Source: Candidatus Methylomirabilia bacterium
GTDB taxonomy: Bacteria; Methylomirabilota; Methylomirabilia; Rokubacteriales; CSP1-6
Assembly (NCBI GenBank): GCA_041497895.1
Contig: JBGQHJ010000013.1
Span: forward strand, 1-55,996
Direction: 5' to 3'
DNA: 55,996 nt
In this document: one piece after another, positions 19,578 to 27,191 of the stretch
How the letters are laid out: every line of letters begins with the position of its first letter
How positions within the stretch are numbered: the first letter of the stretch is position 1
Made by a program: the position numbers and the translations under genes
The notes under the pieces: model-generated
Seen by the model: the letters and a program-made list of their open reading frames with translations, nothing else
Told to the model about the DNA's origin: nothing
Database searches by the model: none

Positions 19578-19930
19578 CAGAAGATCAGGAAGCGAGTGGC
19601 TCTGGGCACCAGCGCCGCGATCTGGGCCGGGCTCACCGGGATCACCGGGTGGCCATCCGTGTTCCACCCGGGCGCGGTGGGTGGCGCGCCCTCGACGTGG
19701 AACGGCACACCCAGCTTCTTGAGCGAGGCGCGGAACTTGGCGATATCGTCGCCGTCGACCAGGTCGTCGGTGTCCTCGTCGAGCAGGTGCACCGCGGGCC
19801 CGGTGAGCACGATCCGGACCTCGTTGTCGCCGGCCACGATGCCGAGCGCGATGCGCATCGCCTCGTTGGCCCGGTGCGAGACGCGCGGGTCCTCCGAGAT
19901 GACGACGAGGGTGGGCTCGTGCTGGCTCAA
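19577..19930 (-). CDS. DsrF/TusC-like (DsrE family) protein
   Basis: VVISEDP..S.RA.EA.R.ALG.......V...L.G.AV..L pattern; no Cys. Confidence 0.7.
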   Translation of the reverse strand: MSQHEPTLVVISEDPRVSHRANEAMRIALGIVAGDNEVRIVLTGPAVHLLDEDTDDLVDGDDIAKFRASLKKLGVPFHVEGAPPTAPGWNTDGHPVIPVSPAQIAALVPRATRFLIF

Positions 19931-19940
19931 TGCCGCGCGA

Positions 19941-20258
19941 CTAGTTCAGGGCGACGAAGCGGTCGGTGCCGTTGATCACGTCGGTGAGGACCACGAGGCC
20001 GCAGTTGGTGGCCCGCTCCGACAGGGGACGGCGCCGCTTCTGGCAGCCGTAGGCGCACACGAAGAGCTTGAGCCCGCGGTCGGCGAGAGCCTGCAGGCGC
20101 TCGTCCTCCACCGCGGCGACCGCGTCGTCGATCAGGTAGAGGTACACGTCTCCGCCGCCGTCGAGCGCCGCCTTCGAGAGACCGAGCGCGGTCTCGAGGT
20201 TCGGGTGGTCGGGCGCGGTGGACACCATCAGGCCGAGCTTCCGTCTGGCGAGGGCCAT
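19941..20258 (-). CDS. DsrE/TusD-like sulfur-transfer protein
   Basis: LMVSTAP, VYLYLIDDAV, LFVCAYGCQKR (Cys at the DsrE/TusD active position), GL..L...I...DRF. Confidence 0.75.
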   Translation of the reverse strand: MALARRKLGLMVSTAPDHPNLETALGLSKAALDGGGDVYLYLIDDAVAAVEDERLQALADRGLKLFVCAYGCQKRRRPLSERATNCGLVVLTDVINGTDRFVALN

Positions 20259-20266
20259 GCGGGCGC

Positions 20267-20295
20267 AGCGTAACAAAGTGAAAGGGGAGCGTCAA
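20267..20295 (-). promoter_or_regulatory. sigma70 promoter for the leaderless dsrE-like trio, overlapping the RBS and start of the divergent desulfurase
   Basis: Minus strand TTGACG-17nt-TACGCT with TG extension, 8 nt before ATG 20258. Confidence 0.65.
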
Positions 20296-21449
20296 TGAGC
20301 CGACAGATCTATCTCGATCACAATGCCTCGACTCCGGTGCATCCGGAGGTCGTCGAGGCGATGCTGCCGTACTTCAGCGAGCGGTTCGGCAATCCCTCGA
20401 GCGTGCACGGCTTCGGCCGCGAGGCGCGCGAGGGCCTGGAGACCGCCCGCGACCAGGTCGCCCACTTCCTGCGCGTCGGCAAGGAAGAGGTCGTCTTCAC
20501 CTCCGGCGGCACCGAGTCCGACAACATGGCGGTCAAGGGAGTGGCGATGGCCCGCGGTCGGGGCCACATCATCACCACCAAGATCGAGCACCACGCGGTC
20601 CTGCGCGCGGTGCAGACCCTGGAGCCCCAGGGCTTCGCCGCGACCTATCTCGAGGTGGACGGCTACGGCATGGTCGATCCGGACGCGCTCCGGCGGGCGA
20701 TCCGGCCCGACACCATCCTGATCTCGATCATGCACGCCAACTCCGAGATCGGCACCGTGCAGCCGGCCCGGCAGCTCGGGGCGATCGCCCGCGAGCACGG
20801 CATCCCGTTCCACATGGATGCGGTGCAGACCTTCGGCAAGGTGCCGATCGACCTGGACGCCTTCAACGTCGACATGCTGTCGTTCTCGAGCCACAAGATC
20901 TACGGGCCCAAGGGCGTGGCCGGCCTGTATATCCGGAAGGGCACCAAGATGGTCTCCCTCCAGCACGGCGGCGAGCACGAGCGGCGGCGCCGGGCGGGCA
21001 CCGAGAACGTGGCCGGGATCGTGGGCTTCGGGAAGGCGGTCGAGATTCGTGGGCGCGACATGGTCGAGGAGGGCCGGCGGGTGACCGGGCTCCGCGACCG
21101 ACTCTGGGAGGGCCTGAAGAGTCGGGTGCCCGAGGTGCGGCTCAACGGCCATCCCACCGAGCGGGTCCCGGGAACGTGCAACGTGTGCTTCCGGCACGTG
21201 GAGTCGGAATCCATCGTGCTCGGCCTGGATCTGAAGGGCATCGGCGTGTCGGCCGGCTCGGCGTGTACCTCCGGCAACGTGGAGCCGTCCTACGTGCTGG
21301 TGGCGATGGGCGTCCCGCTCGACTGGGCGATGGGGTCGGTGAGGCACTCGCTCGGGCGGAGCACCACCGCCGAGGACATCGACTACGTGGTCGACTGCAC
21401 GGAGCCGCTGGTGGCGAAGCTGCGGAGCGCCATGCCGGCGCGGGCCTGA
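20295..21449 (+). CDS. nifS: Class I cysteine desulfurase (NifS/IscS-like), catalytically intact
   Basis: IYLDHNAST, IEHHAV, DAVQ, SSHKIYGPKG (PLP Lys), RAGTENV, SAGSACTSG. Confidence 0.93.
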   Translation: MSRQIYLDHNASTPVHPEVVEAMLPYFSERFGNPSSVHGFGREAREGLETARDQVAHFLRVGKEEVVFTSGGTESDNMAVKGVAMARGRGHIITTKIEHHAVLRAVQTLEPQGFAATYLEVDGYGMVDPDALRRAIRPDTILISIMHANSEIGTVQPARQLGAIAREHGIPFHMDAVQTFGKVPIDLDAFNVDMLSFSSHKIYGPKGVAGLYIRKGTKMVSLQHGGEHERRRRAGTENVAGIVGFGKAVEIRGRDMVEEGRRVTGLRDRLWEGLKSRVPEVRLNGHPTERVPGTCNVCFRHVESESIVLGLDLKGIGVSAGSACTSGNVEPSYVLVAMGVPLDWAMGSVRHSLGRSTTAEDIDYVVDCTEPLVAKLRSAMPARA

Positions 21450-21471
21450 GGCGCCGGCCCAGGCCGCGGCG

Positions 21472-21864
21472 GTGCAGTACAGCCCGGCCCTGATCGATCA
21501 CTTCCGGAATCCGCGGAACGCGGGCCGGATGCGGGATCCGGACGGGGTGGGGGAAGGGGAGCACAAGGAGTGCATGGACCTGGTACGCTTCCACCTGCGC
21601 GTGCGGGAGGGTCGGGTGGTGGAGGCGCGGTTCCAGGCCTACGGCTGCGGGCCGACGATCGCGGCGGCCAGCGCGGCCACCGAGGTCGCGACGGGCTCGG
21701 GGCTCGAGGAGCTCCTCGAGCTGCCGGCCGCGCGGGTCGAGGCGGCGGTCGGGGGATTGCCGGAGGCGCGGCGGCACGCCGCGCTGGTCGCGGTGCTGGG
21801 GCTGCGGGCGGCCGCGCGTGACGCGCTGGACCGGGCCCGGACAAGGAGCGAGCGCGATGCTTGA
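21472..21864 (+). CDS. IscU/NifU-N-like protein lacking the third Cys
   Basis: YS...[32 protein letters not shown] instead of LPPVKIHC. Confidence 0.85.
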   Translation: MQYSPALIDHFRNPRNAGRMRDPDGVGEGEHKECMDLVRFHLRVREGRVVEARFQAYGCGPTIAAASAATEVATGSGLEELLELPAARVEAAVGGLPEARRHAALVAVLGLRAAARDALDRARTRSERDA

Positions 21865-22531
21865 TCGGATGCGTCAGGACGTGAGGACGGTGATGGAGCG
21901 CGATCCGGCGGCCCGGTCGGCGCTCGAGGTCGTGCTGTGCTATCCAGGCGTGCACGCGATCTGGTGGCATCGCTTCGCGCACGCGCTCTGGCGGAGCGGG
22001 TGGCGGCTGACCGGCCGCTTCGTCTCCCACGTGGGGCGCTTCCTGACCGGCATCGAGATCCACCCCGCCGCGGTGCTGGGGCCGGGGCTCTTCATCGATC
22101 ACGGCATGGGCGTGGTCATCGGCGAGACCGCCGAGGTCGGGAAGAACGTGAGCATCCTGCAGGGAGTCACGCTCGGCGGCACGAGCGTCAAGCGCGAGAA
22201 GCGCCATCCTACGATCGGCGACGACGTGGTGATCGGCGCGGGGGCCAAGATCATCGGGGCGTTCACCATCGGGGCCGGGAGCCGGATCGGGGCCGGATCG
22301 GTGGTGGTGCGCGAGGTGCCGGAGAACTGTGTTGTGGTCGGGGTGCCCGGTCGCATAACATTCCGCAACGGCGAGCGGGTGACCGGGGGCATCGATCTCA
22401 ACCAGGCGGACCTCCCGGATCCGCTCGCGCGGGCCCTGGAGCAGATGCTCGATCGCATCCACGGGCTCGAGGCGGAGATCGAGCGGCTGAAGAAGGCGTC
22501 CGAGGCGACGGCGGGCGCCCGCGCGCACTGA
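21857..22531 (+). CDS. cysE: Serine O-acetyltransferase
   Basis: [49 protein letters not shown]. Confidence 0.96.
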   Translation: MLDRMRQDVRTVMERDPAARSALEVVLCYPGVHAIWWHRFAHALWRSGWRLTGRFVSHVGRFLTGIEIHPAAVLGPGLFIDHGMGVVIGETAEVGKNVSILQGVTLGGTSVKREKRHPTIGDDVVIGAGAKIIGAFTIGAGSRIGAGSVVVREVPENCVVVGVPGRITFRNGERVTGGIDLNQADLPDPLARALEQMLDRIHGLEAEIERLKKASEATAGARAH

Positions 22532-22554
22532 TCCACCACGGGAGGCGATCGCCG

Positions 22555-22731
22555 GTGCTGCCAAAGGACACGATGGACGTGAAGGAAGCGGCCCGCTACC
22601 TGGCCATGGACGAGAAGACGGTGGCCGCGATGGCGGCGGAGCGCCGGATCCCCGCGCTGCAGCACGAGGGGAAGTGGCTCTTCTCGAAGAAGTCGATCGA
22701 CAAGTGGCGCGGCCGCAGCGTCGTGCGCTGA
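22555..22731 (+). CDS. Small excisionase/MerR-like helix-turn-helix protein (HTH_17)
   Basis: MDVKEAARYL.....TV..MA..RRIPA....GKWLF....ID.W; GGAGG RBS before GTG. Confidence 0.8.
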   Translation: MLPKDTMDVKEAARYLAMDEKTVAAMAAERRIPALQHEGKWLFSKKSIDKWRGRSVVR

Positions 22732-22738
22732 GTTCTGA

Positions 22739-22816
22739 ACGGTTGCCCGCAATCTGGGGGAGTGCGGGGGCCATTTCGGGGCCCCCGCAGATGAAGAGCC
22801 TGAAGAAGTAGACCGT
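22739..22816 (+). repeat. Dispersed ~80-bp palindromic repeat, copy 1
   Basis: ACGGT...GGGGGAG-TGCGGGGGCC-ATTTCGG-GGCCCCCGCA-GATGAAGAGCCTGAAGAAGTA.ACCGT; near-identical inverted copy at 50912-50991. Confidence 0.85.
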
Positions 22817-22817
22817 A

Positions 22818-23996
22818 GTGGCACGCACGATCCTGCACGTGGACATGGACGCGTTCTACGCGTCGGTGGAGCAGCGGGATCGGCCGGAGCTGCGCGGGCG
22901 GCCGGTCATCGTGGGGGCGGATCCGCGGGGACGGGGAGTCGTCTCGGCCGCGTCGTACGAGGCGAGGCGCTTCGGCGTCCACTCCGCGATGCCGATCGGA
23001 CGGGCCGCGCGGCTCTGTCCCGAGGGCGCGTTCGTCCCGGTGGACATGGACAAGTATGCCGCGGTGTCGCGGCAGGTCATGGCCATCCTGGCCGACTTCA
23101 CGCCGCTGCTCGAGCCGGTGTCCATCGACGAGGCCTTCCTCGACGTCACCGGCACCGAGCGGCTCTCCGGAGACGGGCCCACCGTGGCGGCGACGATCAA
23201 GGCGCGCATCGCCTCGAGCCTCGCCCTGACCGCGTCGGTCGGGGTGGCCGCCAACAAGTTCGTGGCGAAGGTCGCCTCCGACCTCCGGAAGCCCGACGGG
23301 CTCGTGGTGGTGCGACCGGACACGGAGGCCGATTTCCTCGCACCCCTGCCGGTCTCGCGGCTCTGGGGCGTCGGCCGGGTCACCGCGGCCGGTCTCGAGG
23401 CGATGGGGGTCACCACCATCGGGCAGCTCGCGGCGGTGCCGGTGGCCTACCTGGAGGCGCGCTTCGGATCGAGCGGGCGCGGCCTCCACGATCTCTCGCG
23501 CGGCCTCGACGACCGCGCGGTGGAGCCGTTCGCGCCGCCGAAGTCCATGGGCGCCGAGGAGACCTTCGGGCGCGATCATCGCGACGTGGAGCGCCTCGCC
23601 GCCACGCTGCGCGAGCAGGCGGAGCGGGTGGCGCGCGAGCTGCGGGAGGGAGGGTACGCGGCCCGCTGCGTCACGCTCAAGCTCCGCTTCGCGGACTTCT
23701 CCACGCTCACCCGCCGCCACACCGACGACCCGACCCAGGACGGGCTCGCGATCTATCAGCGCGCCCGCGCCCTGCTGGATCGCATCCCGCTCCGCCAGGC
23801 GGTGCGCCTCATCGGGCTCTCCGCCTCCGGGCTCGGGCCCGCCGCGGCCGGTCAGCTCTCGCTGCTCGGCCCGGACCCGACGCGCCGCGAGCGGCTCGCG
23901 CGCGCCATGGATCGGGTGACCGCCCGATTCGGCGAGGACTCCCTTCGCCCCGCGAGCCTGCTGCCGCGCCGCCGCCGGCCGCGCCCATCGGAGTGA
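22818..23996 (+). CDS. dinB: DNA polymerase IV
   Basis: ILHVDMDAFYASVE, SYEARRFGVHSAMP, SIDEAFLD, AKVASD..KPDG. Confidence 0.96.
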   Translation: MARTILHVDMDAFYASVEQRDRPELRGRPVIVGADPRGRGVVSAASYEARRFGVHSAMPIGRAARLCPEGAFVPVDMDKYAAVSRQVMAILADFTPLLEPVSIDEAFLDVTGTERLSGDGPTVAATIKARIASSLALTASVGVAANKFVAKVASDLRKPDGLVVVRPDTEADFLAPLPVSRLWGVGRVTAAGLEAMGVTTIGQLAAVPVAYLEARFGSSGRGLHDLSRGLDDRAVEPFAPPKSMGAEETFGRDHRDVERLAATLREQAERVARELREGGYAARCVTLKLRFADFSTLTRRHTDDPTQDGLAIYQRARALLDRIPLRQAVRLIGLSASGLGPAAAGQLSLLGPDPTRRERLARAMDRVTARFGEDSLRPASLLPRRRRPRPSE

Positions 23997-24010
23997 TCGC
24001 CGCCTTCCCG

Positions 24011-24057
24011 TTGCCTTCGTGGTGGGCTTCGGCTAGACTCCGCTGAACAGCGGTTCA
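24011..24057 (+). promoter_or_regulatory. sigma70 promoter and palindromic operator of the acyl-CoA catabolic operon
   Basis: TTGCCT-17nt-TAGACT followed by TGAAC-AGCG-GTTCA at the presumed +1. Confidence 0.55.
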
Positions 24058-24075
24058 TTCGGGAGGGAGCGGCTC

Positions 24076-24831
24076 ATGGAACGGCTCATCGCCTACGACA
24101 AGCTGGCCCGCGAGGATCGCCTCGTGCGGATGCGGGCGCGCGAGGTCGCGCAGCTCAAGATCGACCAGGGGCTGCCGCCCTTCCCGGACCTGCTCTCGCG
24201 CGACTCCATCAAGGAGCGGGTCCACGGCATCATGGTGGGCGAGCTGCAGGCCATGGAGGGCGCGGGCCGCTCGGTGTACGACTTCCCGGACGCTCCGTGG
24301 GAGTTCACGATGGACATGGCGCGGCAGGTGTGGGACGAGTCGCGCCACGTCGAGATCTACGTCCGCCTGCTCGAGCACCTGGACGGCTACATCGGGGAGT
24401 TCCCGGAGACCACCATCCTGTGGCGCTGCGCCTGCGCCGAGGACGCGGCGGCCCGCGTGGCCGGCGTCAACCGCGGGCTCGAGGGCCTGGCCTGCGACGT
24501 GTTCAACCAGCTCGTGCACATCGCGCGCAAGATGGGCGACCCGATCCTGGAGCGCGCGGTCGACTACGTGCTCGCCGACGAGATCACCCACGTGCGCATG
24601 GGCTCGAAGTGGCTCACCCGGCTCACCGAGGGCGATCCCGAGCGCCGTCGCCGCGCGGTGGAGTTCCAGGAGACCATCGACGAGCGGTTCAACCTGGGCG
24701 GGATCCGGCGCGAGGGCGATCACGAGGCGGTGCCCATTTCCATCGCCACCGAGGCGCGTCGCGAGGGCGGGTTCACCGACGAGGAGATCGCCCGGCTCAT
24801 CAAGACGACGCAGCGCTCCGCCGTCTACTAA
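24076..24831 (+). CDS. Ferritin-like diiron protein (DUF455 family)
   Basis: Carboxylate/His set GELQA, WDESRH, GLEGLA, DEITH; GGAGG RBS. Confidence 0.8.
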   Translation: MERLIAYDKLAREDRLVRMRAREVAQLKIDQGLPPFPDLLSRDSIKERVHGIMVGELQAMEGAGRSVYDFPDAPWEFTMDMARQVWDESRHVEIYVRLLEHLDGYIGEFPETTILWRCACAEDAAARVAGVNRGLEGLACDVFNQLVHIARKMGDPILERAVDYVLADEITHVRMGSKWLTRLTEGDPERRRRAVEFQETIDERFNLGGIRREGDHEAVPISIATEARREGGFTDEEIARLIKTTQRSAVY

Positions 24832-24844
24832 GCCCCTCCGCGCC

Positions 24845-25825
24845 ATGACCCATCCCCTGTCGGGGTACCTCGAGGTGGACGAGTCCGCGAGGACGGTCCG
24901 CCACTATCGCTACGCGGTCGAGCGGATGATGCGCATGCTGGGCGGGTGGATCGCGGTCACCCCCGAGCTGTCGGTCAAGCTCCTGCTCGGTCGGCACGTC
25001 TGGGACAATGCCCAGCACGTCGATCTCTGGGGCAAGCGCCTGCCCGAGCTGCGCGCGGCGGCCCAGGTGTCGGAGGCGGCCAACGCGTCGCTGGTCGCGT
25101 TCCTCGACACGCTCGAGGCCGCGGAGGCGCCCGGGCAGACGATCGAGCGGGTGGTGGGGGTGTACCGCGTGCTCAAGCCGCAGCTGCTGGCCACCTACGA
25201 GGCGCACCTGGCGAGCGCCAATGCGGTCTACGAGCCGCCGACGTGCCGGATCCTCGCCCGCTGCATCGAGGACGAGCGACGCCACCTCGCGGCGGGCGAG
25301 ACCATCCTGCGCCACCTCCTGAGCGCGCCCGCGCTCACCGAGCGCGCAAGCGCGTGCGAGGCGCGTCTCTGGACCCTGCTCGAGGCGGCCGGCGGGGTGA
25401 CCGGGGCGGGGCCGCTCGCCCGCGCCTCGGCCGCCGGGGCCGCGGAGGCGCCGCTGAGCGACGACGCGCGCGAGTTCATTCGCCTCGAGCAGTCGACCGG
25501 GGCCTGGCCGATCGCGGCGGAGCTGATCGTCGCGCTCGATGGCTTCGGCGCCGCCCTCGTCGCCGGGGATCTGCAAGCGGCGCGCGGCTGGCTCGACCCC
25601 TCGCTCGTGCCGGGTCCGGACCTCGAGGGTCGCTTGCTCGCCGCACGGGGCGGTCGTCATCGCGTCGTGGCCTTCGCCCGGGTGGGGGCGCAGCGCCTGG
25701 TCAAGGTCCGGGTCGACGGCGACGGGGCGGATCTCACCCTGCTGCTCCGCTGCGTGCCCACCGACGCGGGCTGGCGCATCGCCGCGCTCGAGCCCGTCAC
25801 CGCCTCCGCCGCGCAGCCCGCCTGA
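24845..25825 (+). CDS. Degenerate ferritin-like protein with a small C-terminal alpha/beta domain
   Basis: LGGW....PE...K..LGRHVWDNAQH...W..RL.EL and EDERRH; first ExxH is NAQH. Confidence 0.6.
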   Translation: MTHPLSGYLEVDESARTVRHYRYAVERMMRMLGGWIAVTPELSVKLLLGRHVWDNAQHVDLWGKRLPELRAAAQVSEAANASLVAFLDTLEAAEAPGQTIERVVGVYRVLKPQLLATYEAHLASANAVYEPPTCRILARCIEDERRHLAAGETILRHLLSAPALTERASACEARLWTLLEAAGGVTGAGPLARASAAGAAEAPLSDDAREFIRLEQSTGAWPIAAELIVALDGFGAALVAGDLQAARGWLDPSLVPGPDLEGRLLAARGGRHRVVAFARVGAQRLVKVRVDGDGADLTLLLRCVPTDAGWRIAALEPVTASAAQPA

Positions 25826-25830
25826 GCCCC

Positions 25831-27171
25831 GTGCTGCGGAGCGTCCTGGTCGCGAATCGGGGGGAGATCGCCCGGCGGATCATCCGCGCCGGCCGCGCGC
25901 TCGGCATCCGCTCGATCGCGGTGTACTCGGAAGCCGACGCGGCCTGGCCGCACGTCGCCGACGCCGACGAGGCGGTCGCCATCGGGCCCGCGCCCGCGCG
26001 CCAGAGCTACCTCGACATCGAGCGGATCCTCGACGCGGCCCGGCGGACGAACGCCCAGGCGATCCATCCCGGCTATGGGTTCCTCTCCGAGAACTGGCGC
26101 TTCGCGCAGGCCTGCGAGGCCGCGGGCCTGGTCTTCGTGGGGCCGTCCTGGCGGGCGATCCAGCAGATGGGGGACAAGATCGGCGCGCGCCGGCTCATGG
26201 CGGCGGCCGGGGTGCCGGTGGTGCCCGGCAGCGACGGGGCGGTGGAGTCGGTCGAGTCGGCGCGCGAGGTGGCGGCCCGCGCCGGCTATCCGATCATGCT
26301 GAAGGCGGCCGCGGGGGGCGGCGGCATCGGCATGATGAAGGTCGTGGACGAGGCGGGGCTGGCCGCCGCGTTCGCCTCGGCCCAGCGACGGGCCCAGGCC
26401 GCGTTCGGCTCCGGCGGGCTCTTCCTGGAGCGCTACGTCCAGGGCGCGCGTCACGTCGAGGTCCAGGTGTTCGGGGACGCGACCGGGCGCGTGATCCATC
26501 TCCACGAGCGCGAATGCTCGATCCAGCGCCGGCATCAGAAGCTGGTCGAGGAGAGCCCGGCGCCTCGCCTGCCCGCGGCCCTGAAGGCACGCCTGACCGA
26601 GGCGGCGGTGACCGGGGCCCGCACCGTGGGCTACGTCAACGCGGGGACGATGGAGTTCATCGTTCTGGGCGACGAGTTCTACTTCCTCGAGATGAACACC
26701 CGGCTGCAGGTGGAGCACCCGGTCACCGAGGAGGTGACCGGGCTCGACCTCGTGCAGGCGCAGCTGCGCGTGGCCGGGGGAGAGCCGCTGCCGTGGACGC
26801 CGGAGCAGATTTCCCAGCACGGCTCGAGCATCGAGTGTCGGATCTACGCCGAGGATCCGGCCAAGGGGTTCATGCCGTCGCCGGGGCGCCTGACGCGCCT
26901 CGTACTGCCGCAAGGCCCGGGCGTCCGCCTCGAGTGCGGGGTGGCGGAGGGCGTGGAGGTGTCGGTCCACTACGACCCGCTCCTCGCCAAGCTGATCGCG
27001 ACCGGCCGGGATCGGGACGAGGCCATCGCGCGGATGGCCGCGGCCCTCGACGCCTTCGTGGTGGAGGGCGTCAAGACCACCATCCCGTTCCACCAGCGCG
27101 TGATGCGGAGCGACCTCTTCCGGGCCGGATCGGTCCACACGCAGCTGATCGAGCAGGGCGCCTTCAGCTGA
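25831..27171 (+). CDS. accC: Biotin carboxylase subunit
   Basis: VLVANRGEIA, HPGYGFLSEN, AGGGGIGM, RECSIQRRHQK, EMNTRLQVEHPVTE. Confidence 0.93.
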   Translation: MLRSVLVANRGEIARRIIRAGRALGIRSIAVYSEADAAWPHVADADEAVAIGPAPARQSYLDIERILDAARRTNAQAIHPGYGFLSENWRFAQACEAAGLVFVGPSWRAIQQMGDKIGARRLMAAAGVPVVPGSDGAVESVESAREVAARAGYPIMLKAAAGGGGIGMMKVVDEAGLAAAFASAQRRAQAAFGSGGLFLERYVQGARHVEVQVFGDATGRVIHLHERECSIQRRHQKLVEESPAPRLPAALKARLTEAAVTGARTVGYVNAGTMEFIVLGDEFYFLEMNTRLQVEHPVTEEVTGLDLVQAQLRVAGGEPLPWTPEQISQHGSSIECRIYAEDPAKGFMPSPGRLTRLVLPQGPGVRLECGVAEGVEVSVHYDPLLAKLIATGRDRDEAIARMAAALDAFVVEGVKTTIPFHQRVMRSDLFRAGSVHTQLIEQGAFS

Positions 27172-27191
27172 GGCGCTGCCCGGGAGGCGGG

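Noticed and set aside
19344..20258. DsrEFH as evidence for reverse-Dsr sulfur oxidation
   Set aside because: No dsrAB or dsrC in the window; the fold is shared with TusBCD and other relays.
22555..22731. Excisionase-like gene as evidence of a prophage or ICE
   Set aside because: No integrase, att-like tRNA or phage genes, and no evident compositional shift.
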